DNA of 64,000 nucleotides from Antechinus flavipes (GCF_016432865.1 NC_067398.1:3038001-3102000), one strand, 5' to 3'. Counted from the first letter of the stretch, positions 13,336 to 25,865 are shown. Numbers and translations are program-made. The notes: generated by a model not told the origin, from the letters alone.

Positions 13336-13899
13336 TGGAGGGCGTGTCCGGAGTGCCTGGCAGAGGCCTGGGGGCTCCCCTCCGCACGGCCCTGCAGGCA
13401 TGAGCACTGAGGGAAGGCCAGCGCTTCTAGCTGAGCTCTCGGGGGCTTGGGGGGTGGGGCTTGAGCCCCAGCTTTGCCCTTACTCCATGGGGAGGCGCCC
13501 TGTGCCCCCACACTTTGGGGCCCTCAATGTCTTCCTGAGAAATCAGGGGCTTAAGTTTCTTTCCCAGTATCCGTGTAAAACGCGGCCCGATCTGAATAAC
13601 GAGAATTCTGCTGCTCTGAAGTTTACGCTGTAATTTAAAAGCTAGAACTCTCATTCTGCAAAGGCAAGAGCAGAAGAAAGCTTTAACTCTGTGGGGTAAT
13701 AGACCTACAGTGGGTAAGGGACACTGCTTGGGGCAGGGCGGCCGGGGAGGCTTGTGGAAACGGAACTAAGCGCTGGGAGGGGGGGGCGCACACAGTAGGC
13801 GCCACATTAATGGTTCTGTTGTTCGGTTGTGCCTAACTCTTCACGCCCCCTTGGGGTTTCCTGGCAGTGACACTGGGTGACCGGCCACTTCCTTCTCCA

Positions 13900-13995
13900 G
13901 CTCATTTTATAGATGAGGAAACTGAGGAAACGAGAGACTTGTCCAGGGTCGAGCGGCTAATGAACCTCCCAAGTCAGGTTCAGCTGCAAAGATGA
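13900..13995 (-). mobile_element. MIR/CORE-SINE fragment leading into the CTCF array
   Basis: ctcattttatagatgaggaaactgagg...gacttgtccagggtc is a reverse-strand MIR core. Confidence 0.65.
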
Positions 13996-13997
13996 GC

Positions 13998-14285
13998 CCC
14001 GTGCTCTGCGCCCTCTGGTGGCCCCCATGAGCACTAACTATTGAGCCTTTCTGAATCCTGCCGTGTTCTGCGTCCCCTGGTGGCCCTCAAGAGCACTAAC
14101 TTTTGAGCCTTCTTGAATCTGGTCCCGTGCTCTGCGCCCCCTGGTGGCCCCCATGAGCACTAACTATTGAGACTTTCTGAACCCTGCCGTGTTCTGCGCC
14201 CCCTGGTGGCCCCCAGGAGCACGGACTATGAAGCCTTCCTGAATGCGGTCCCCGTGCTCAGCGCCCCCTGGCGGCCCCCAAGAGC
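13998..14285 (-). promoter_or_regulatory. tandem array of five CTCF core motifs (62/64-bp unit)
   Basis: GCG(C/T)CC(C/T)CTGG(T/C)GGCC begins at 14008, 14070, 14134, 14196 and 14260. The reverse complement is GGCCACCAGGGGGCGC, the canonical CTCF core. Confidence 0.8.
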
Positions 14286-14299
14286 GCTCTCTTCCCCAC

Positions 14300-14960
14300 A
14301 AGCAGGACACTCAGGGGCGACAGCATTGGCCCCCTCCCTCTGCGTTGGCTCTGGCCGTGCTCCGACACCCTTCCCCGCCACTTCTCTGAAGCTGGCGCAC
14401 CAGCGCCACCCCACGGCGCCAAAGGCCGCCTCGGAGCCGGGCGCTGGCGGACTCCCCGGCGCCTCCGAAGGCCCGGCCTCCAGTCGGAGGCGTGACCGGC
14501 AGGGCCCCGGGGAGAGCTCCGGCCGGCGTTTTGCAGGCGCCTTTCCGCCGCCGCTCTTTAACCTCCCTCCGTTTTCCTCAGGGTTCGAGGTCACCGAATA
14601 GAGCAAGGCCTCAGATGGCGGCCGGGCGGGGGGTGGGGCAGCAGGCGCGGCAAGTGCGGGAGGCGGCCGCAACCACCTCCCCGCAGGTGGGGCCCAGTGA
14701 GCGGGAGCTGCGTTGTCAGCAGGGGCTCCCCCGTATGAATGCCCAGAGGCTCTAGACGGGTAGGCGGGCGGGTGGGAGTGTCTACGCTAACCCGCAGGGG
14801 ACAACCAACAGGCCCGGCCGCCCAGATCTGCCAGATGAGTCCCATCCGTAACAAGTGCGGAAGCTCTGCCGCAGGGTTTTGCCAACTGGGCAGACGGAGG
14901 AAACCTGCTGGGCCGGAGGCGGGAGGCCCCGGGCAGCTTCGGGCGGAGAAGTGTCCAAAG
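14300..14960. promoter_or_regulatory. orphan CpG-island-like segment with a YY1-like motif
   Basis: Very dense CpG/GC sequence with no coding exon. CAGATGGCGGCC at 14612-14623. Confidence 0.5.
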
Positions 14961-17649
14961 GCCACCCGGCTGAGATTGGGTTTCAGCAGAGTTCATGGGG
15001 AGCCACTGAAGACTCTTAAGGAAAGGAGTGACCGATGGGACTTCTGATTAAGGAGGATGGGCACAGAAGCTGAATGGAGGAAGGCCTGGAAATGGGCCAG
15101 AATGGAAGGAGGGAGCCCAAGGAAGAGTGGCCGGCAATGGTGCAAGTGAGGGGTGATGAAGGGCTGCATAAGGGGGACGTATAGGACACAGAAGGAGACG
15201 CGCATGAGCACTTATTAGGCCCCCTCTCTTCCTGGGAGAACAAGCCCTTCCTGAGCATCTCCTGAGAGCCGGGCGCTGGCCGAGGCCCTTCCCGGATATT
15301 TCCTTTGGTCTTCACAATAACCCTGGGAGGCAGAGCTGTTCTCATCAGCGAAGGGAGGAAACTCGCACAGGAGGCCCCACATACATGCTGCCTGTCTCCT
15401 TCACCCTACTACGCCCCAGGTGCCGGTTAAGCCCCTTTTACCTCCTTCTGACTCCAAAGCCAATAGTTTATTCGTCCCATCCTGCCATTTTTCACAAGTC
15501 AGGATCTTTTAAAAAGCTGAAATGTCCCAAGCAACCCCAGGAGCCTTTGGACATAAAGCTCCGTCTGCAGCCAGAACTAAGGAGACTGAATGGAAGTCAC
15601 CGCATGCACTTTCTGGATTTTTCTTTTCCCCTTTTGCTCTGATTTTTCTTTCCCAACATGATTCATAAAGTAAAGCATATTAAAAAGAAATCGATTTACT
15701 AGGAAAGGGGGGAAGCTGAAATCCTCCCCACATATTAGACACTTGAGACTGAAAATGAATTCCCGGGTAAGAGCTGTTGACACGAAGCCAGAGGCGTAGC
15801 CCTCCGCAGCCTGGCGGGCCCCCAGCCCTGGAGAGCCGGTGACGAGAAGTTTTCATCTTCTCGTACCAAGAGAAGAAACTTGAAGTTTTGGGGGGCAAGT
15901 CCCCACGGGGGCTGAGAGAACTACTGAATGTTGGCCAGAGGGGGGCAGCCATGCCCCAGAATCCTTAGGGAGGGAGAGGGGAGGGAAGAGGAAAAGCCCT
16001 GGGAGAGGAGCCAGAGGGGCCATCTGCCCCTCCCTCCCTCCTCTGCCGAAGGGGAGGGCCTTGGCCCATCCCCCACCCCGTGGCTCTCTGCGGCACCCTG
16101 AGGCTGGCAAATGTCCCATCACTTCACACATACTACTATTGTCCCCACTTTATAGATGAGAAAATTGAGGTAGAGATTCCGGGGCCACGGTCGGAGTCCC
16201 ACAGACATAGGGAGTGTCAGCCTGGGTGCTCTGTCCACCCCAAGGCCCCTGACCCAAACTCCCATTGAAGAGACGAGGTAAGTGAAGCTCAAGCAGGGTT
16301 CCAAGGTCAGTGGGCAGCCAGGGCCTCTACGGTGGAGCGCCCACCCTGGGAGTCATGGGAGGGGGCCCGTCCGGTGGCTACTTTGCTGGCCAGATCTGTG
16401 ACCAGAAGCCCCAGAACCAACAAAGAGCCGTTCTGGTCTGGAGGTTAAGAGCCAGTGGGTGACAGACATTTTGGAGAGAAAGTCCAGAGGAACTGGCCGG
16501 GCAGGGGCGGCCCCACCCCTGCCGTGAGAAGCTCCCCGCTGTTCCCGTCCCCTCCCCACGAGAAGGTTTCGGTCAGTTCCCTTTAGGGTGATGTCATCTC
16601 TTACACGTACTCCTAAACATGTTCCTCGCCATCCACCCCGCGGCCTAAATGGGGTTCTCGTGCCATATGGGATGCCATGGCTCCATAAGAGAATTCATTC
16701 CCCGTGCTTGACCCCGGTCGGTTTAAAGCAGCTTCTAGGCCAGACATCTGGCTCAGAAGTTGGGAGTCCGGGGCGTCCCCTCTGAAAGTTCACTGCCCAG
16801 AGATGTTTCTTATCTTCCATTTCCTGGAAGCTGAGCTCCTCAGTATTTCCCACTGGCTGCTCAAGGTTACTGAGGAACGGAATTTTAACTGTTTGCTGGA
16901 AACTTAACCCCTGTCTGCCCGAGTCCCCAGAGCCATCAGGCCTCTATTCTCCAGACCCGAGCAATAAGTGGCCGCTTCTCAAGCTCCCGAAGTTCTGTGA
17001 ACCAAGCCACGCCGCAGGATCAGATCTGGTCCATTTGAAATTTACTAGCCAGTCGGCCAGAGATTCGCCGTTATCTTAGCAGAAATAAAGTTTAAATATC
17101 ATTCAAAACAAAGGGAAAAGGCAGTGAGAGGTGGACTGTGTGAATCTCTCTCATGAGAAGCTGGTTTATTTGAACACTTCCCAACCAAACAACCCTCACA
17201 AGTCTTCTCGCCCCAAGTTTGTCAGCACCCACTAAGACTACCGCTGCTCAAGGACTTATTTTTGCTGCCATGTGTCCTTTTCTTGGGCCTTCACCTCAAA
17301 AGCACCTCTGCGTCCCTCCTTTGCTTTTTGGGGTAATCCCCTTCCTATCTTCCCAAAAGAAAAAAGAAAAATCAGTCCTTACCATAAAGACCCAGCCAAA
17401 GTAGACCCCTTAAAGGCTCTGGGGGTCCACCGGCCTCCCTGAGCCGCCCAAGCTCAGGACTGGTCTTGATCTTTGGGGGCCTCTTGGCAGCTTTGCCACT
17501 GCCAGGGCCTTTTTCCTGAGTAGCCTTTCCTCAATTTTCCCAGCTGGATCTGCAGCCAGAACACACCCACCCTGCACATGGCCCCCGGGGCTCTGTCTGG
17601 GACCTCAACCCTACTTCTTCCATTGTTTTTCATCGACTCCCAGAATTCC

Positions 17650-17800
17650 AAATATCTTCTACTTGCTGAAGAGTCTCACATATTTTCCAGCCCTAACCTC
17701 TCTCGGAGCTTCCAGACTCGCATCTCCACCTAGATGACCGGGAGACATTCTGACACGTTCAAAATGGAACTCGGTGTTTTCCCCTACCTTCCCTCTCCCT
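17650..17800 (+). mobile_element. degraded L2 fragment
   Basis: ccagccctaacctctctcggagcttccagactcgcatctccacc...ttcaaaatggaactc resembles the L2 3' body as I recall it. Confidence 0.45.
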
Positions 17801-18379
17801 CCTCCCCTGGTACTGTTGAGCGCACCATCAAGCCCACCTCCCTCTGCCAGGCTCCCAGACAAGGAGTCACCTGGACTCCTCATCCTCAACCTCCTGCCCC
17901 AATATGGTGCCAAAGCCATCAGTTCTCCCTTCCCACCTCTCTCCCCTTCTCGAGCTGCAAGCCCTCCGGAGGCACCTCAAGCCTGGAGAAGGGCCACAGC
18001 TGCTGGGGTGGGGGGTCCCATCTGCCTCCAATCTGCCCTCCTGTTCCCAAAGGGGCTTCCTAAAGCCCAGATCTGAACCCACCATCCCTCCCCCCGTTTA
18101 ATAAACACCAATAATAAAAGCTGCCTATTTTCTCCGGGATCAAACACAAAATCTTCTGTTTGATGTTCACAGCCTGTCTCTGTAATTTAGACTCTTCACT
18201 TCAATTCTGAAATGGTAACAAGCTCAGGGAGAATGTGCTAAAATAGAAACCCCCACACCCATTTCGGGAGCTTTTCTATTCTCAGTCTTCTGGACATGAG
18301 ACTCATTTAGATGTTTCTGGACTTTATTGTTTCTCTGTGTCTAGAGATACAACCTCTTGTATCTTTTCACATTCCCATC

Positions 18380-18545
18380 GATTCCGAGAAAAGATTTTAT
18401 TTGAAATTTGTAATATTTTATCCCCCCACCCCCACCCCGGCCCGATATATAACAAGAGCACTTTCAGCATTTGTTTTCACAAGATCTCGGTTCCAAATTT
18501 TTCTCCCTCCCTCCCCTTCCCTCTCCTGAAGATGATAAAGAGTTT
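18380..18545 (-). mobile_element. LINE-1 3' end fragment
   Basis: The reverse complement reads ...ggagagggaaggggagggagggagaaaaatttggaacc...aaaacaaatgc, a marsupial L1 3' tail motif. Confidence 0.55.
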
Positions 18546-20039
18546 CATTTGGAAGATTGAGAGCTGGAGAGAAATGCGTCCCCGAGAGGTTTCTGGGTTA
18601 CGGCTCAAGGTTTCAGAACCTCGCTCCGGAAGGAAAGGTGCGGTGCGCCACTGCTTCGGTGGGGAGCCCACTACGAGCTGCCGTGGGGAAGGGCCTTTCG
18701 CTCGCGAGTCTCCGAGGACCCGGCGAACGCCCCGGCCTGTAACGAACACTGGCGTGTTTTCTCTGCGGAATCGCCAAGGGAGGGCAGACCCTTCTTTCTG
18801 TGTCTTTGTGGACAGAAGTCTGAGGGTTAAGAACGAGTCGCTAATAAGAACCATATGAGCAGCCTGTGTACTGAGCTGAAAACCTGACCCGAGTACCCCG
18901 GGCCACGTTTTACATACCAAAGTCTTGAGTAAGAGCCTGGCTTCTGAGATTTACCTTATATGTTCAACAGAAACTCCCAAGAACACAGACCACTGAGGGT
19001 TTAAGTCAACAGCAGAAAGGCAATCAGATGGATTTTTTTTTTAATTCAAAAGAAAGGACGATTTGGGAAAGAAAAAAAAAGCTGAAGCTCGACTCACTTT
19101 ACCTTAATCATCTGTACAAGCTTGAAAGAATGTGTAAAAGCATGATCTCAGCAGCCCACCCTGCCAAGAGACACAAACCCCGGTGCGGCGGGATGAAGCA
19201 AATCCTTGTTAGTCCTGGGAGGGGAGCGGAGAGGGGAAATTTCTAAGGGGACAAAATAAAACTAGGGCAGCCAGCAAGGGCCAGAGTACCCTGCCTTAAA
19301 CACCAGGCCCACTCTCCTTCCTGGATGAGCTACAAACTGACCAGGCAGGGGCCATGGATGTTAAAGTTTCCGAGGGTCCACGGCTCTTCGTCCTCGTGGA
19401 GCAGTGGCTGGAGGGGCTGGTGGGGAGGTGCTGAGACGGGGTTCCCTTGGGTTTTTGGGGAGGGAGAGGAGGTCCTCACAAGAGGTAGCTGGCTCACGCA
19501 TGAGTCGTCACTTCTGGGAGTTTATTCATTTGGGGGGAGATTTAGTCGCCACCTAAGGTCCCTCCAAGTCCCAACCTTTAAGATTCCTTTGTTTAGGTGC
19601 GAATGAAGCCGTGTGGGAAGCCCATTCCCGGGGCAGAGCAGAGAGGGGAAAGGAAGGCCTACGTGTTTATTAGACCAAGTTGCGGATGGGTCTAGCTCTG
19701 CTGCTATAAAAATCTAGCTTCCCCTTAATTTTAACTAGAACAAGGAGTTCCACTTTCTGGTGGCCATTAACTTGGAAAACTCATGTGGAATGGGAATAAA
19801 AATATAAGCAGTAATCAGTACAGCGTCTCATTTGGTTTTTCTGGTGACCATTGGGATTACAGGAAATGCTTGCCACACCTCAAACCCCAACTGAGGGGGG
19901 AAAGGAAGAAGGAGACCGCATAAATTGACCAGGGCTTGGAAGATTTTTATTTGCATTCGTAATGTTTTTCTGGAAAAGAAACATATCATTTAATCCAACC
20001 CAAATGTTACTAAAGCAAATTATATTTTTGCTTAAATTG

Positions 20040-20181
20040 CGACAGTATTTCAAAGGACACCCCTGACTGGGGACAGAGTTACTGTGGATTTTTAGGAGAC
20101 ACGGTTACAGATTTCAGGAATTTCTGATTCATTCAAAGGATTTGCAAATTCATCACCCACTGAAAACTAAAGCAAAATCAG
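20040..20181 (+). other. OMD: candidate non-coding first exon of OMD (start approximate)
   Basis: The acceptor 10 nt before the OMD ATG requires an upstream exon. This AT-rich unique block ends in tcag|GTATGA (20182), and TATAAAA lies at 19705-19711. Placement is inferred. Confidence 0.35.
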
Positions 20182-23100
20182 GTATGAATGGAAATGCAAT
20201 AGGATTTGTATTTTCAATGTTTGGAAACGGTATTTCTGCTGTTTACCAACAAGAATATTTAAAAAAACAAAAAGTAGACTGCCGATTGAAAACTTTTCTT
20301 GCAAGAAGAGCTGATGAGAAAGTGTAGTTAAATCCCCAGTGTTTAAAATGGCAGGAGAGTGGAGCCGTCGGGTGCTGGAGCTCCCATACGAACCTGAAGC
20401 GGCTCTGTCTGCGTGCTCCTAGAGGGGGTGGGGGGGCTTCTTGGGGACCCCCCCCCGTGATCCCCATCTCCTGCACCCACTCAGGACCAGTGAGCTGAGG
20501 ATTTCTTTGGCTATGGAGGGTCTCGCCTGGGTTCGTGATCCCCGATGTTAATCGTACTTTGCCTTACTGTAGTCAGAAGAGGGAGTGGAAGGGGGAGACT
20601 TTGTAACGGGCTCAGGAAGTTTCGTGATCTTCCTGCATATCCCTGCTCTTGTCTCGTCATTTCTCCCCTAATTCGCCCCCTTTCCCTGAAATCACAGTGG
20701 AGGGAAGAGAGTAGGATCTGGCTAATGGAGGATTCTGGGGAATTCAGCTGAGCAAATACTGGGATCCCAGTTTATTGAGACCTTATTGTATAAGTTGAAA
20801 GAGGTCTCGAAGTAGAAGTGACACTCAGCAGAAGAAACCTTTTCTGGATCTGCAGTTAGTGTACAGCGCTTTATGAAGAGCCCGTCTCAAGTGAGTAGAG
20901 CAGCTGTTGAGGCAAGTCCCCAAGCAGACGATATCCCCGGGAACCCCCGTGGCTCCTTCCTAACTCTCCCTCCTGACTCCTACAAATGAATGGGACAACT
21001 ATTTTGAGCCCCTTTCTTCCTAAAGTGAATTATTACTCATCATTTCACTTAATCTGAATTTCTCCAAATAAATTTGGTCCCCAAAGCATTAATTAACACC
21101 TATTGGACACAGACACTGGGAACCCAAGGAGGGATGACTGACCTCGGTGCTTTGGACTGAATTTGTGACTCTATCTGGAATCACAAAGGCTGGGGGGGGG
21201 GAGGGGGGGAGAAGAAACTCGTTAAAGGGAAACCTTGTTTTTAACTCCTTTCAAACTTATGTCTGCATTGAGCTCTCAACAGTAATTTTGGGGAAATGGT
21301 CCCCAAAAGCGCTGTGGTAAACACTGGACAGAGCCCTAGACAAGTCAGGGTAGAAGAGGAGGAGAAGGGGCAGCTCTGGGAGAAACAGCCTTAGCAAAAG
21401 CCCAAGTAAATGACTAAAATCACTTAACATCGGTACTTAAACCCAAAAAGCCTGGGGAGCAGGCGGGAAGTGGGGGGTGGTTTGGAGTTCTACATGCAGG
21501 AAGGACAATATTCTATCTGAGCCTCACTATGGCAGAGCACGGAGAGGGACTTGGGGGAGGTAAAAACACGGCAGCAAATTAGGGTTTGGAGGTGGAAGAA
21601 TCCAGAGGTCAATCTGCAGTGACTGAAAGACACAGAGAAAGCTGGGTGGGAGCCCTGGGCTGAGGGGTCTTACAGAGGTTCCCCCAAAAATCTCTGAGGG
21701 ACAGATGGCATGAACTCCCCTGAAAGAAGAGGCAGCCGGCACCTCCAGACCCTCATAGATGGGGAAGGGGGGACTCTTGGGAGGAGCTGGGTCAGGGCAG
21801 GGGCTGAGAACCTGAGGCCCAGAGGCAGCTAATGGGGCAGAGATGCAGGAGGTGGGCACCTGGCTGGGTACTGCTAGTGCCACAGGGCAGGAATCAATCT
21901 GCTTGTGCTCAGGCACAGTGGGAAGAGGCCCAGCCTCGGGAGGCAAGAAGGCCTGAATTCGAATCTGCCCTTAAGCCACCGCTCCTCTCTAGACATGAGC
22001 TCCCTCACCCAAAGCAGGGGCTAGGAAGGGCACCTGCCTCCTGGGCTGCTGGGAGGCTCCAGAGATCTCTGCCCACCAATTCTTCTCATTCTTCTCATCA
22101 ATCAGGAGCAAAATCTCTCCCTCACCAGGCTCAAACACAGCACATTCAGCCCGGGCAAGTTCCCTAAGGAAAAGGAGAACCAAAGAAACCCAAGATGTTC
22201 CTTTAAGAAAATCCTTGGAATCAGGAGTCAGTTGTGGGGAGGAGGCAGGAGCCAGTTCAGACTGGGGTTTGTGATTTCACAGCTGTAGACCCCACCACGC
22301 TCTTCTGAGCTTGTCCCAGAGGAGCCCCAGATTCTCAGGGGTTCTAGAAGATGATCCTGGAAGGCTCCAGCCTCAGGGGCGGCTCTGAGCAGTGGGCAGT
22401 ACCCAGAGCCCATTTCTGCTGGCCAGCCCGGGTGGCCCATTCCCTTGCTGCAGTGACCATTGGGCAAGGGTCCCAGGGTGAGCGGGCCCATGAGTTTTGG
22501 ACCCCAGGGTCCTCGTCTTGTGACTGATGAGGAGAGCTGATGAGTGAGGTTGCGGGAGGCTCCGGTCAGAAATGAATGGAGAGGGTGCAGACAGATGGGA
22601 GCCGGCACTGCTCAAGAGGGCCCAGGCCGGGCCCAGAAGGGATCCCCACTCTAACACAGGGAGGCGCGTTCCTCCGACCTCTGCACCTGTCGCCCACTGT
22701 CCAAACTCTGGGATAGCTCTTGGATTAGAAAGTTCCCCTAGCCTCAGGCCCAAAGTGGTCTCTGCCCCACCATGCTCCCCCCCAGGATGGCCCTTCCTGT
22801 ACTTAAGGCAACCGTCCCATCCCTCACTGCTCCCGCTCCCCCACCCTGTCTCTATGAATCAGGTCCAGGAAGGCTCGAGCTCCTTCACCCCCTGCCCCCT
22901 CCCCAGCTCTCAGGGTCACTGATGCCCTTCTGACACCAAAGGTCTGGGCACGGGGGGCTCTAGACCCGTTGCCCTTAGAGGCCTTGCTCCTCCTAAAGTA
23001 ACCCAAGGCCACTTTGCAGCACTTGCTGATACCCAAAGGCAACAAGAAATGCCATTTCTGGGGACACTTGGTCATCGGGCATCGATGCCAAAAGGCCGCT

Positions 23101-23720
23101 GCCCTGCGCCATCAGTGGCAGGTACAAGGCAGGGAGGCCTGGGTAAAACCTTCCAAGTTAAACAACCTGGATTTGGACCATCAGCCTCATCAATGAGAAG
23201 GGAACCACGGGAGAGAAGGCAACGATCACTTTGAGAAATAGGTCAGAGGGAGAAATGGAAGCAGTCAGAGGAAAGGATGAATCCCAGTTTAACTAGGGGG
23301 AGTCTGATGGGGCTCCTGGCTTAAGATGGCGTCAGCAAAGCCGGTTTGGACGGTCCCCGCAGACGCTGGCAAGGTGGGTCTGGCGCTCGGGAAAGGGCAG
23401 AGCAGAATTACACCCATTTCTGGATTTGAAGGTGCCCTTTTCTCTTATGAATAGAACGCTCTCTTTTAGATGGCAGACAGAGGAGGGAAGAGGCCTGGGG
23501 TACCAGAACTGAGCCTCCAGTTACCAGGCAGGTCCTGAAAAGTGGGGGTGGACAATGAGAGACCAGAATGGAGGCAGTAAGGCGGGCTCAGACACAGAGA
23601 AGGTCGGGGGGTCTGGCAGTCGGACAGTTTATTAAGTAGAGGCAGACTCTGGTCCTGGAGCCAATGAGTCCCACATTGATGGGACTCAACAGGCTGAAGC
23701 CCGGCTGGCTCCCCTACAGC

Positions 23721-23907
23721 TGAGGTGTCAAACAGCCCATGACAGTCCCGAGCTCTGGGGGAACCAGGTTAAGGTGTAACTGGGCCGTACTAAACAGAAT
23801 TAATCTGTGACGATACCAAAGCGGGTCTTCCAAGCCGGTCCGTGGCCCTCGGGGACCCCACTGTACAGCTGGGCGGCCGCCATTTCTGTCTGGGTAGACC
23901 AGTCCTG
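23721..23907. mobile_element. degraded hAT-type MITE-like DNA transposon relic
   Basis: Begins gaggtgtcaaac and ends with a degenerate inverted end (gtctgggtagaccagtcctg). The interior aaccaggttaaggtgtaactggg resembles marsupial hAT MITEs as I recall them. Confidence 0.45.
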
Positions 23908-24104
23908 CCGGACGTGATGTAGACATCTGGCAAGCAGACATGCTCTGTCACCCGTCGGGGCTCTGGCGTGAACTCCTGCATCGTCACTCACTCTTCCTTC
24001 CATTACTTGTGACAACAAATGCGCCGTCAGGTATCTCAATGTGAGTTTAACGAACGTCCCCTGAGCTTTTCCCCTTATTTCTCTCCTCCATTAGGCACAA
24101 GAAC

Positions 24105-25041
24105 ATGAGTTTTCTCGGTCGACTCTGGATCATTTTCTGCTTTCTCGAAGTCACCGTGTATTGTCAGTACGCCATGTACCAGATGGACGAAGACTACGAC
24201 GAAGAGGCCGACGACGAATATTCACCCGCGTTTTATTTTCACTCCAATCAAGATTACGACATTTCCTCTCACCGAAATCCCCTCGGCTGTGCCGCGGAAT
24301 GCTTCTGCCCCCTGACCTTTCCGTCCGCCATGTACTGTGACAACCGCAAGCTCAAGACGATCCCAAAGATCCCGACGCACATCGAACAGCTCTACCTCCA
24401 GTTCAATGAAATAGAAGCCGTGACGGCCCATCCGTTTGCCAACGCTTCCAACCTGAAGGAAATCAACCTCGGCCACAACAAGATCAAGTCTCACAAGATC
24501 GAACGCGGCGTGTTTGCCAAGCTTTCCAATCTCTTACAACTGCATCTGGAGCATAACGACATGGAAGATTTCCCATCTCCTCTTCCTAGTTCTTTAGAAA
24601 AACTTCTTCTTGGTTACAACGAGATCTCTAGAGTGGAGGCGAATGCCATCGAAGGCCTGATGAACCTAACCACGCTGGACCTCTGCCACAATCGGCTTCA
24701 AGACTCTTCCTTAAGAGAAAACTTTTCCCAAATGAGCAAACTGGCGCAACTCAACTTAGGTAGTAACAGATTAGAGTCGATGCCCCCGGACTTACCTTCC
24801 TCGCTCATGCATCTCTCTCTAGAAAATAATTCCATCTCTCTCATCCCGGACAATTACTTCCAAAGGTTCCCCAAGCTTCTCGCTCTAAGAATGTCGTCCA
24901 ACAACCTGCGGGAGGTTCCCTATGACGTTTTTAACATTTCCAGCCTCATAGAGCTCAACGTGGGACACAACAATCTGAAGCAAGCGTTCTACATCCCGAG
25001 AAGCCTGCAACATCTGTACATGGAAGACAATGACATCGAAT
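24105..25041 (+). CDS. OMD: osteomodulin (osteoadherin) first coding exon
   Basis: Acceptor cattAG|gcacaagaacATG (exon starts 24095) and donor GAA T|GTACGT. 937 coding nt encode a signal peptide, a Tyr/Asp-rich N-terminus, the [23 protein letters not shown] class II SLRP cysteine cluster and LRRs. Confidence 0.96.
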
Positions 25042-25482
25042 GTACGTAAACCTTGTCTTTTTACGGAGGGGCTCAGGGTGGGCTGACAGTGAATGAGCTC
25101 TGATCCTCACGCACAGCTGTTGATAGGACCTGGGCGGGGAGAGGCTGAAATTATGTGCAACCAGAACAGCTCCTGCCTAGAAGTAAAAACAAGGATTCTT
25201 TCTGCTAAATGGCACTCTCCTCTATAGACGGCTTAAGCTTGCCGAAATCCTGTCGCTACTTAACTTTCCTTTCTCTGATTCCTCTGAAAGACAATTAAAC
25301 CGTGACTTCTGCAAGGGCTCGCCGTAGCCGGTATAGACGCCGCTAACTCCTTCCTGACTGCGGCGGTCCAAGCGTCACTCCCTGGGGGAAGCATTTAAGC
25401 ATGACCCCAGATATGTCCTTAGATGGGTTCTTAGTGACAACCAAGGCCTTCTGGATGCTAACTCTCTATTTTTACTTTACAG

Positions 25483-25865
25483 ACATAAATGTCACCCTGA
25501 TGTGTCCCCGAATTGACCCGACGCATTACCACCACTTAACCTACATTCGTCTGGACCAAAACAGGCTAAAAGAACCAATTAGTTCCTACGTGTTGTTCTG
25601 CTTCCCTTACATCCACAGTATTTATTACGGGGAACAAAAAAAACCCGACGGGCAAATGATACTGCTGAGGACCCAAGTGTTCCGCAGGTTTCAGGAAGAA
25701 GAAGAAGAAGAAGGAGATGGAGAAGGAATGAGCCTGAGGGGCAGGAGCGGGGAAGAACGGAGGAGAACTTTGATCCTTACTTCTACTAAATTCAGTAACT
25801 ACAAAAACCCGGAGCTTTATGTTGCTCCTTTCCTCAGGCTTAACAGCCATTCCAGATGTCGATGA
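25483..25865 (+). CDS. OMD: osteomodulin terminal coding exon (as read; likely ancestral stop is TAA 25787-25789 in a shifted frame)
   Basis: tttacAG|AC ATA AAT GTC ACC CTG ATG TGT encodes [26 protein letters not shown]...[14 protein letters not shown]. The tail after about 25726 looks frameshifted (see findings). Confidence 0.9.

Noticed and set aside
13998-14285. CRISPR-like appearance of regularly spaced repeats (also 39558-40085 and 53416-53655)
   Set aside because: The intervening sequence is itself repeated rather than unique spacers, there are no cas genes, and the context is mammalian.
18337-18920. 173-aa and 147-aa ORFs upstream of OMD
   Set aside because: They overlap an L1 3' fragment and a GC-rich patch, with no homology I recognise and no consistent splice signals.
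25042-25047. Alternative OMD donor 4 nt downstream (GTAC|GTAAAC) as an explanation for the odd C-terminus
   Set aside because: It shifts the whole last exon and hits a stop within about 11 codons, so it cannot produce the FDPYFY tail.
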